Shown here: positions 28,401-40,400 of the stretch, one piece after another
Layout: each line of letters opens with the position of its first letter
How positions within the stretch are numbered: the first letter of the stretch is position 1
Assembly (NCBI GenBank): GCA_051294905.1
Contig: CM119383.1
Span: forward strand, 6,262,001 to 6,326,000
Length of the DNA stretch: 64,000 nt
Origin: Botryllus schlosseri
Taxonomy: Eukaryota
Direction of reading: 5' to 3'
The notes under the pieces: model-generated
What the model was told of the DNA's origin: nothing
What the model saw: only the letters and a program-made list of their open reading frames with translations
Database searches by the model: none
Position numbers and translations under genes: made by a program

Positions 28401-31400
28401 GAAGTCGGTTTGTCGAAATCAGCACTAGTATTGGGATGTATGTATGTATCTATCAATTAATTCGAGTTCAGAGTTAGGGTGAGGTTAAGGCTAGGGGTTT
28501 GGGTAGGTTAGGATTAGGAATTCGGGGCCGTCAAGTGTCGAATTTATTGATAACTACTCTGAAACCCTGCCCATTATAATAAATGCCATGCTATGCTATT
28601 CAAATTTCTTTCCTGACCTTTAAAACAAGTCCTTTGCGGCAGAATCAAGTTTTACAGAATTTATGGAATGATTCTTTACCCACAATGACGTATTATAGAG
28701 ACAGAGAAGTCATTCATGGATATTGTCACGAGCAGTTTTACTGAAGTTCGGCATCGTTATACAAAGATATTAATCGTTCCGTATCGTAGTAACGTGCAGA
28801 CGAGGTCGGTATTACCAACGTTCGTCTGTACGCTTCATCAACCCCGTGTAATCCTAGGCGGAATTTGCCGCGTAGACTATCATAATAAACACAGCTAACA
28901 TTTAAGTCTGAGCGTATATCTTCGCGTTTTCGCAATCACAAATACAAAATACTTACACAAATGACAGCAAGGAATGACTGTCAAGTTTAGATAATCGTAT
29001 CACGACCCAGTGGCGACAATGTAGTTTGCAGTTAAACTTGGCGGTGATTATCGAGATAAGATATAATTGAATTTGACGATGTTTCTAGTGGACTTGGTGA
29101 TGAAGATTACCGCTGATATCTGTTCGAAAGATTCCTAATGTCGCGCAAATGTGAATCCGAACAAGTCGACCCCAATCGAATCTGCAAATTCGTGATCAAC
29201 GTTTAACGATGTAGCATTTGTGAAATAGTGTATTGCGCGAAATTATATTCGTTGTGGCTATTGATATGTACCCATTAAAAAAGCTAAACCATGATTTACA
29301 TTATTCGTCTCAGCCAATGTAATCCCAATCATTGCAGAAATTCGACTATGTGTCGATTTAATAAGATAAACCCCTGCTCTTTAATATTCAACTTGTCAAT
29401 GTAATCCCAAAATCCTAAGCGGAATCGTAAACGATTCGTGATTGAGTGGAACCGAATTTTGAATACAATTCGAATTTTGCTACTCACTTTATCGGAGCGC
29501 AACCAAGGGCGAAGGGGGGCGGGGGCACACATGCGAATAAATATATATGTGATAAATTATTCGAGTGTGGAAAGGATCTGTCATCTCGTTGTGTTATACT
29601 TAGGCCGCACAAGTGTTGTCCGTGAAATCCTTCTGCCACAATATTTCTGCCTTGGCGTCGCTGAGTGAAAATTTTCATATTGGTAATATTTTTGTCGTTA
29701 ATTGTGACTGTGCATTGTACAATTACATATCCAATATTGACGTGAATCGACTACGAAACCTAACGCGTCATTTCCTGAAAGTAAGAGCCGAAACTGAGAA
29801 TGGAGCCTATTAGTACAGCCCGGTGTACAATGTCGTTCAAAGTCTTTGATTTCGCGAGCAGTAAGCACACAAATTTCAGATCGTTACAAAATAAATGCAC
29901 CTTTAATAGCCGTGTCTATTAATCCCGTTTAGACACGATTTCATCTGTACTGTGAAGTCTCCAAACCGTGACCAATTAACCTCTCAAACACCGCTACGAT
30001 AGAGTTTAATAGCCACCTTGTATTAAAACCGCGCAACTTGGTCATCATATCGAGTAATCATTTCTGAATGGGAATGCAGCGGCCACCTGTCGGTGGGAAA
30101 CTTGACTGAGATTTTGATTGCTGTTGTGGTCACATTAGATATGTAAGTAGCATGAGGCTCTATGTTAGAATCTGACATCTTAAAACGTACCCGAGAAATA
30201 TAACGCGTAATTCGAAAGGCATATCTTTAAGCAACAGAGGGAATGATTATATCGTCATATTCGCTACTTCTTTTTAAATAAGTGTATGGCATGTGTGTCA
30301 GTCTGTGCATGACGTCGCTGTAGAGCAGTTATGTGTTAAGCTATTTCTGAATTTGCGATTTTGATTGCTATCTTAATATTGCGACTATTGTGTCGTGTTA
30401 CGACAAATTAAGAACTGTCGCGAAAATTCACAAAATAACGTATGAAGACATATCTGACATAGGCTGGCGCAATATTAAGATAACAATCAAAATCGCCTTG
30501 TCGTTCTTTACTCTGAGGAACGGATTGATATGTTCCAATTGACGCAATCGTTATTAATCAAGACACATAGTTACATTTATCATTCTCACAACTATGACCT
30601 GAACATATCTTATTTACCAGGTACACGAAGGTGAAGCTGCGAAAATGTACTGCAAAACCTGCGAATGTCCGATATGCCACGAATGTATAGAAAGCGGACA
30701 CGTTGGTCACAGTAGGTGCTCGTTGAAAGAAGAGGTTACAACTCAAAGTCTTCAGGCAATACGAAGTTTTATTATTCTGACGTGTCCAGTTAAATCAGTA
30801 CATGCTCGCCGAACACGAATCTACGAAATAATTTGCTACCATGATACCAATTTCCAGTAGTCCTAGCACGTGTCCTTGAGGGGTATAATTCCTTGGTCCT
30901 AGAGCGCATCGCGTGCTGTGGTACATGGCGCGTGGCGTACACTAGGGTAACATCGAAGTGAAAATCATAAACTGCATCAAAGTTTGTGTTGCGACGCAAC
31001 ATAGATAGTGTCTTGTTCCGCTTCACCAAATTCATCTGGATTGACGGGATGATAGTCTCCTTTCAACACCTCAGTTTGTCATAGAATAGAGTGGACATTG
31101 TCCTTTGTGGATTGTTTCAAAGACCTCCAATATAGTCGTACATTACGTCCTGTTGACTTTTAATAACCCGTACACGACCATTTAAAGAAATATTTCTACC
31201 ACTAACGCTTAAAAATGAAATGAAGCTATTAGGTTACATGCATTTCAAAGGATTCTTCGGAGTAATTTGATACCTATGAATAGTTTGGTAACAAACATGA
31301 AACTCGAAGGGATATTTTTCCGAGAAATAATTATTCAGCAACAAAGCCGACACAATCTCTTACTACGAAAAGTCTTTGTATTTTGTACGATAAGCGGAGG

Positions 31401-34400
31401 CGCTGGTGATCCTGGCTGTACGCGCCGCCGCACAACAAATCCGATTATGCGGATGTCGAAGTGCGTCGGAAGTAACCAAACAAATGGATTTATGCTTGAA
31501 AAGCAATTTGCCATATTGCTTCACTTAAAATACCATATGTCTATAGTAAGTAAACTGAGAATTCTTCCAGCCTGGACTCGCGGAATTTTAGTTGAGAAGT
31601 CCTTCTATATTATAATGATCATGGTACTACATACAGTGACGTTTATTGCAAAGTCACGCCTTGTACATCACAACAGTAAGTTCGTAATGTCGTTCTAGCA
31701 ATAATAATGATTCTTTCATAAATAATGATCATCGCAAAGATTCGCATTTGGTTTTAAAAACAGATGATCAAATAATAATTAACCATGTAGATTATATATA
31801 TTCAAGCATTGATTCAGAAATAAGCCTACCATGCTTCCCACCTTCCTACTAGGACCCGGAGAAAATTAATGCTCACCAATGATGATATATACAATAGTGG
31901 ATACCTGACGTTGGTAACGCAGACCTGTGATGCTCTGGGGCGTAACATGAGCGAACTATACGTGTAAAATCCATTTATCTCACTTAAATCTACCTATATT
32001 TGTCCCTACAAACCATCTACAAATCACTTATCCATATCGTCTGAATCTTATTGCGTAGTTCAAGACGAGAAGTAATCCAAGTGCTCAAACACTTTGAGAG
32101 ATAATCCCAAGTTATGGACTTTCTTTTGTTTGTTAGTAGTTGTGGAATTTTTACCGTTATCGATATCCAATATCTTCATAACATGAACACAAATTATTAG
32201 AACTTGGCGTTTAGACTATAGGGTTACCATACTTGAGAATGTCTAATCCGACAACGTTGGCACTATTTGATACGAGTTCTGAGCTGTATCAAATATTGAT
32301 TAAGAACACAGTTACTATTGAAGTAAAATATGAACGATAAATGGATTTTTACGGAAGTAATTAAAAAAAAAAGAAATCGTGACCTCCAAAGCCAGTGAAT
32401 TAGTAGTAAATAAAACTGGTCTGGACACCAACACAATTTTTATAATAGTCAGTGCACCATAGCTGAAAATGCACGATACCAGAATAACCACCTACGTTGC
32501 ATTTATCAACTTTAAAATATTGCGGACGTATATTATCACAATCGATATTTCATGGAATATACATTGAATGAGTATATGGGTTGGATTTGAAGGTCAGATA
32601 CGATGTAAGATTTGAAATTGAAAGCACGAAGACCACTCACTAGGCCTGGCGTGGAGTAGAAATTAAAACGATTTTCAGAGCCACCACGATCTTATACAGA
32701 TGATATTAACTATGTCATAGCATGATAGTTGACCATAGACCCATAGTGAGTTCAGGTTAAATCCTAGACCACATTTCTACAACGAGTTATCCAGCATCGT
32801 GTTGAATTCTAGTCAACCACGCAACGAAATCACTTAGGCCATACCGCTATTGCCTTTCATAGCAATGGCAAGCCCCTACAACTGTTACGTGGGACATCCT
32901 GACACGCAGCGGTGGGGAATATGGTATGAGGTACGCGCCTGTCATGAGCTGGAGAGATCAAGAAGTCACATATGATCTTGGCTGTGAATGATCATCATTT
33001 CTAAATGTTTAGAAACGTAGTATCATAAAAAAACTGGCCCAGGATAAAAAAAAATTAAGCATACATATCAAAAACGCATATATTAACACCCAAAGTCGTC
33101 TGGGGAAATTCACATGCATGGCAACGCTAGTTTAAGCGATGATTAGTCGAATCGGGAATGCGACAAATGACTACCTGCATAACCAGCTTCTTGTATATGT
33201 TATTTAAGAACTTCATATACTTGAATGAACGATATTGACATGTTGGCATCCACTATCCGGTAGTACAATATATACGGTACTTCATGCGTGTTGTACAGTA
33301 CATTGTACAAGATGAACGAGCCTGTATTTACCAGCACCGATAAGATGCAGGCATGCTGCGAATACTTTTAGGATAAGTAAACAGCGAGCAATATTAAACA
33401 CAAATACTCCATTTTCAGATCGAAAAACTGCTGGTTTACGCTCAGAGTAAGATGGATGTGATGCAAGATATGATTAAAAGTCTGAAAGATATCACCGAGC
33501 TCAAGCGAAAGTCTTGCCAAGAAACGGAGTCGATGATAATTCAGACAACTAACAAATTGGTTCAAATGATCGATAGGGTAGGTAACTAGGTATGTAGCAA
33601 CGCAGGGGGAATTGCGGTTGGCGTGCAGCGTGCACACTGCACACTGCACACTTGCACAGGTCTGGATCACAAACAATATGATTTGAATAGCGATGCAGTG
33701 AGCAGATCGTTATACAAACCTGGACTCAGTCGATCACTTATATTATTTATATTATACTGAATTGTGTGCAAATGTCAAAATACCTAAATTTGTTGTATCG
33801 CAGCGCTTGTCCGGTAAACAAAATAAATTCTATAATATATTCTACACATCAATCTTAATGAATTCGTGACGTCAGTACCGAAGGTTAAAAAGATATTGTA
33901 TAACTAGACAACCAGATATCTCGTGCTTTTTGACAAACTGGAGAATAGGAGAAAGTGTCCGTGAAGTTTCTGCGTAAATAGCCGGTACGGCATGCCCCAC
34001 CTGTGAGCATCGTAAATGTGATCGATGTGTCAAACTTCACATACAATTCAGTGTCATCGATGCAATTACTTGTGACGTAATACAACAATATCTGCATGTA
34101 CTTATGGTTGAAGTTTACAATCCATCCTTTCTCATTAGTGCGCATCAGTTGCCTCTAAGAGAATTCATTTTCGTAATATGTCATCATCTACTCTTGGTTA
34201 TTACGCACCTGTTTCAGAACACGGGATTAAGATACCACCCCTATGAAAATTGTTAAGCCTAAAATCGGTCATAATCAAACCCGTGCTTTATAGAGGGTGG
34301 TATTGTTGATTAAATCAGCTGCCCGTTTGACTTCGCGTCGCCAAAGTGTAGATAAGATCGCGTGATAACAGCGTTATACCGGACGGTATAGATATCAGAC

Positions 34401-37400
34401 ATGGGCCAGGCATATGAATATTTATTATTGTTGCTGTCTTTTCCTTGTTTAATACCGCTGTAAGCATCGCGGGCACATTGCGATAGGTTGTTATCAGAGA
34501 CATCCTGAAGTAATACGTTGCTCTTTCAGAGGAAGCAAGAACTAATCGACGAGGTTCGCTCCATGCAACAAAGCGAAGAAAAGCAAATTGATGCCGACTC
34601 GGACGCCGTGGAAATGCAAATAAATTCACTGGTGTCATGTTCCGAGTTTTCAAAGAAGGTATACACATTATATATATGCGTAAGATTAATCATAGACAAT
34701 ATATACACACATATGAAGATTTAGATATAGATATAGCGGATCCGAAGTAAACCAAAGTAGAATTTGACTATGACTGTGTAAGTGTGTAATTTAGGCGTTC
34801 AATACTACGATACATCCCATTCCGAATTATAGCGATGCGGTATAGTTAATCGTCGGATTATTTCAGCAACGATGCCGCGATTATCCAGAAAATCTTTTAA
34901 CCTTAGCTTCCGGACGCGGTAACGTTTTAATCTGATTTGTGGCGTCGGGTTGCTCTGAACCGTATGAATCATAACCCGAGCCGGCCGCTGTATATAATGA
35001 TCACGCATGATATACGGTGTATGCTGGCTATGTTTCTTGACATCTGTCGGTCTCGCTGTTGCCACATCAATAGCATTTGACTTGCACCTGATATTACTCA
35101 ACTCGATGGATGTAGACGCTGCGTGGTTTATTAATTAACAACAAGGAGTAGTGAAAAGAGAATTGAGCTGGAGGCCACGGCAATACTTTCATCTTCTCCG
35201 ATGAATGACGAACAAGCACTTGCACTTCTGACACCGCATTCGAATTGTTGATCCTAATCCCGACATAATCGACTGGGTTATTTTGAAGAGATGACGACTA
35301 CGTTTTAGCATGATATTTTCACGATTTCATAAACCGTTCCCCCAAAAGCGCGCTTTGCCCTTTATACTCTATAGAGATCAAAAGTTATCAATTCATCAAC
35401 TGCTAACTGGATGTAGCTTAGATCCAGTTTGCCCATTGGTCAAAACAACCAATGTGTATAAAATCACATTTCTGCAATTAACTGAATTGGCAAATTTGGA
35501 AAATCGAGTCTATATAATAAACCAGGGGCGGGCAACTTCTACGGTCGGCGGGCCTGATATGGTAAAATGAAGCACTTGACGGGCCGGAATACAGAATCGA
35601 TACATTACGCGTATTTATTCACCTATACAAGGAATATATCGTATTTAATGTAAACTTTAAGTTTAAAGCATAAAGAGACCATTATTTAACGAATATATTA
35701 ATCTAATGTACTTTAATAGCTGTTGAAGTCAATCAGGTATCTGTGGTCGATCAAAGTTTTAACAAGTTCTTTGGTCTCTGGCTGTATGTCGGATGACGAA
35801 ACACTCAGACTGCACGTGGACATCAGCTGTATTGGAACGTATCCTTGTCTTGTTCATGTTCATGATCGAAAATGTTTTCTCGCAAATGTATGTAGACTCG
35901 AACAGAACAAAGTTTCATGACCACCTGTCTCAGGTTGGCAAACTTGGGTTCATTCTGTGACGCATATGATTTGTCAATACTTTCAGATTAGAATTTCACT
36001 TCCAGGGTAGAAATTCTCTGCGGGACGCTCAAAATCCCGACGTGGGCCGTATGTTCCCCGCCCTTGCAATAAACTATAATCCTTAGATTTCCCTGTCGCT
36101 GTGGACGCCAACAATGTTGCAGTAAATCGTCTGTAACGCAATTTAATTTGACTCGACTTTATACTTGTTTCCAAGATTCCAATATCACTCCGTTCCTTGA
36201 AAGGTTTTAGAGTACGGGACCCCAAAGGAAATTCTGGGCTTGAAAAACCAAATGACACACATGCTGAAACAACTTCTCGAGACACACCCGGTGGAACAAT
36301 ATCACAAAGACAACAGAACTGAACAAACGGAATACTTGTTCAACGGCGGCAACGCGGAAGAAATCGACGACATTTTCGGAAAGGTCGGAATCGTATCGAA
36401 GCCGTTTCCCGACAGCGTTGAAAAGGTAAAACAGGATGATCTCTTTACAGCTGTCACATAACGTGTGAGGCGTGAGTACGTCACGAATTCGCCAACCGCG
36501 CCATTGAAATCGCAGTCGTAGTGTGGTCTTATTTTCATTAATGTTTCTTTTTACTCACATGTTTGTGTCTACAGACTCGTGTGTTCGTGTGGTCATTTTT
36601 GTTTGTGCTAATGTCATTCTACGTCTCAACACGCGTTCGTGTGCGCGAGAACGATCATTTTCGTCGCCAGATATATGTCGTAGGGTACGGTGTCCTGTCA
36701 ATACCGAGAAAACCATTACCGAGAATGCCATTACCGAGAACGAGAATGGTCATTACCGAGAATGGACATTACCGAGAATGGACACCACCAATAATGGACA
36801 TTACCGAGAATGCAATATATGGAATGCAGGCATGTTATGCATATGAACAGGTCGTGTGTGTGCATCACGGCGTTGCCACATTCGGTGTCGATGCCCTGGT
36901 ATAAATTTCTTGGCAATGTCAGTCCCAGGAAGCTATTTTCTTGACATTGGCCATTCTCGGTAATGTCCATTCTCGGTAATGGTATTCTCGGTAATGTCCA
37001 TTTTCGGTAATGTCTATTCTCGGTGGTGTCCATTCTCGGTAATGTCCATTCTCGGTAATGTTCATTCTCAGTAATGGTTTTCTCGGTAATAGTATAAAAC
37101 CGTAGGGTACATCGGTTCCTTTTCGTATTATCATGTTTCGTGACCGCATATGGACTTAATTCTGCCGACCTATATATAGCTAATTGACATATCGTTTCGC
37201 ATCGTGACCTTTGTATATAATGTCCGCTAATAGATTTTGTGTCGGTCATTATTTGGACGTGGCGATATCAGAGTAATATAGGCCTATAGGAACGTTCGTG
37301 TGTGCCTACTGTAAGTGAGTGAATTCCTGGTTATTATTTCATAGGTCCTCCGGAGTCTCGACACCTTCTGCGCGAAATGCCCGCTTCCTTCAAAGTCTAT

Positions 37401-40400
37401 TAGCGAAGATATGCCCACGAAGGAATGCGTGGAGATTAACCTAATTCAACAGGTAAGTCAAGATTTCCAGTAATAAAGAGCGGACTAACACTCTGAACTA
37501 TCTCATGTTCATAAATCAACTGCGGATAACTCCATTTAGCAAGTAGGAAGTTCTCACAAAGTTCTTACTGGGGTTAAGTTCCTGTAAATTGAAAGTTATA
37601 ATTTATATATTTCTTAACAAAAGATGAGGAACACTTACTGATCCACCTTTATTATAACACAAGTTTAAAGACACCGTATAGAACAAAAATTGCTTGCGAT
37701 GTAGAGAAGTAGGCACCTCACGTTCACACCATCCCTAATATATAGTGCCAGGGAACAAAATCGCCATTCTTTAAAATCATTGAGCAGGTTCGTATCTTAC
37801 GACAATTTTGTGCGTCACGAGCAATTACGCGCATCCGTAGTTATATACCTGTCTGAGAATAAAGACATCAACGCCGAGCTGTTGACCAACGTCTGCTAAT
37901 CCTGCATTGTATTCCAGCTGGGTAAACAAGGTGACGAAGACGGCGAATTTGAATCGACCCCAAACCTGGCTGTCAACTCCGTGGGGGAAGTAATTACATC
38001 CGACACGGACGGGTGCAAAATACAGATATTCGATCCTATCGGAAGGTTCAAAGACGCTTTCAAGACTGAGGTTAGACTTATAGCTTAAATGAATAGTACA
38101 TCGAGTTGTTACCCAATGACTCAAGAAATGATCTTAACATCATGGTCGCATTTCGGGTGACCAAATAAAATTATTGAAAACTTAACATACATATCGTAGT
38201 AATTTTTCCCGCTTAAGACCAGTTGCAGAGATCTTTCGTGTCCATTATTACGTGAATTAATTGTGACTTTCAATAATGATTAAGAACTTTGTATTCCGCT
38301 ATACCAAAACCGACCGATTTCTACAACCATAATATTATTATTATTATTATACACTTATACAGCCCAACATTGATGCTACATAAAGTCAATACAGATCGCA
38401 CGAATTCCTTAATGTTTGCTTACAGATTTGTAACTTCAGTAGTGAAGTTCGCTTCGAATTGACCTCCGAAATATAATTGAATTCCAACCTTTGCATTTAA
38501 GGTTAAAGGAAAACGCTTGCACCCGTCGGGTGTTGCCGTACTGCGCAATGACGACATTGTGGTCTGTTGCGAGGACCAGATCTACGTGTGGACTTACGAA
38601 GGGAAGTTGCTGCAAGGCATCGGGAAGGGATTTTTCACGAACTGCAACAGCGTCGTTGTCGATTCGAAAAACAGGCTTATCGTCTCCGATATCGCGCAGC
38701 GAGCCGTGCTTATTTTCGAGTGAGTTCCTTATCGCATTGATCGTGTAGATGGGCGTGCGACATGATAACCGCGATTGTCGGCTGGATGAAAAGTCACAAC
38801 ACATACGGCGATTTATGATTCACGAGTTCATTCGTTCCTTGTGTTGACGAAAAAAGTTTTCAGCGTCAACATTGGAAGTCACAACTGGTATACGTTATCC
38901 GACACAAAGCTATTGTTCTCAGTATGATGGCTGTGAACCGCGAAAGAACAATTGGCCACTCGCCACAAGTGTCAAATTAGAGCAGGGGGATAGTTCATTC
39001 GTTACCAATTCAGTAAATTAGTTGTTGTTTGTGGCATTCATGGCGTTTGTCGACTACTATGGTCATTTACGCCAGGCCAGTTTTCTTCATTTTCATTCCG
39101 TAGCTGCCGACTTGTAGCACGGCCCACTTCTAGGCTTTTATAAGACGCCACTTACAAAGATGAGATAGCGAGGAGCCTAGATAAACCTCCAACACTTGGG
39201 TAGAAATTCTAGAATCGACCTCGCAACCCATTGGTGTTGCAGCTGTGGATTATACCACTAAGCTACAGTGTTGGGATGACTCGAGTCATGACTTGACTCG
39301 AGACAGACTCGAGTCACATTTTTCGTATGACTTGACTTGACTCGAGTCACTTTGCTAAAATGACTTGACTTGACTTGACTCGGCGTATGTGGATTGACTC
39401 GTGACTCGGAGCAAAATTCACGAGTCAATTTCGAGTCATCAAGCAATCCATGTCGATAAAAATCATTGTATCTTGCATATGTTCGGATTGTACGCGAAAC
39501 GCTGGTGTAACCCGTGAGAACGACCAATCATTCAATGACCGTGCGTTTTTACTGAACCTCCGTTGTTCTCTCACAAATAAATTGACCGCAAATGAAGTGA
39601 TCTAAGCTTACCGCTTACGCTGTCGTAATCTAATAGCAAAATGTGTATTTCTGTTCTCTGCTCTTACCTTGACTAAACCTCTTGTTTTATTGAAATTGAA
39701 TTCCAATATCGTTTATATAGTCCTCAAACCATTGGCACAGGCTAGAATTGTATCATATCAGTTCGTAAATGGGTAATGTATCGCATCTTATCAATTCGTT
39801 TCTCTATTCTCTATTTTGGCTGGTAACTATAATCCGAGGCTATGCAATTACGTAGTTTAGCATTTCTACGTATATATATGTGAGCGATAAAACGCCTTCA
39901 TGAGTTTATATTTAACTCTATATTCGTTTATAGGTCCAGAATCAATGACCACTCAGTCTGTATTTCAGACAGCTAGCAAAATGCAATGACGTAAGCATGC
40001 CTCTTACTTAGAAAAGGCAACTTGACTTGAATTCTGACTTGACTCGTGACTTGACTTGACTCGAGTCACCTCGAAAAATCGAGTGACTTGACTTGACTCG
40101 AGTCACCTTCGAAAATCGATTGACTTGACTTGACTCGAGTCAAAATCTGCAATGACTCGAAATGACTCGTGACTCGAAGGTAGTGACTTGATCCCAACAC
40201 TGCTAAGCTATCTCACCACTATGCAAATTAGTATTCCAGTTGGTGGCCGGGACGTGGGCAAAATAATACAAGAACGAGATAACATCACAACCACATTCCT
40301 TACGTAACCAAAGAACATGACTTTACAGACACATTCATGACGTAACGAAAGAACATGGCGTCAAAACGCAAACACCGATATTTTCGCGGGTAAAATGGCC

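Noticed and set aside
31267-31698. 143-aa plus-strand ORF in TRIM intron 3
   Set aside because: No domain features, no fitting splice sites, and the TRIM model is complete without it.
36731-37249. 172-aa and neighbouring repetitive ORFs (ITENGHYREWTLPR)
   Set aside because: Translation of the 16-bp MITE repeats.
39934-39990. Candidate extra TRIM exon (TAG acceptor, GTAAGC donor)
   Set aside because: Stop codon in the required phase; exons 9 and 10 already join into an intact NHL blade.
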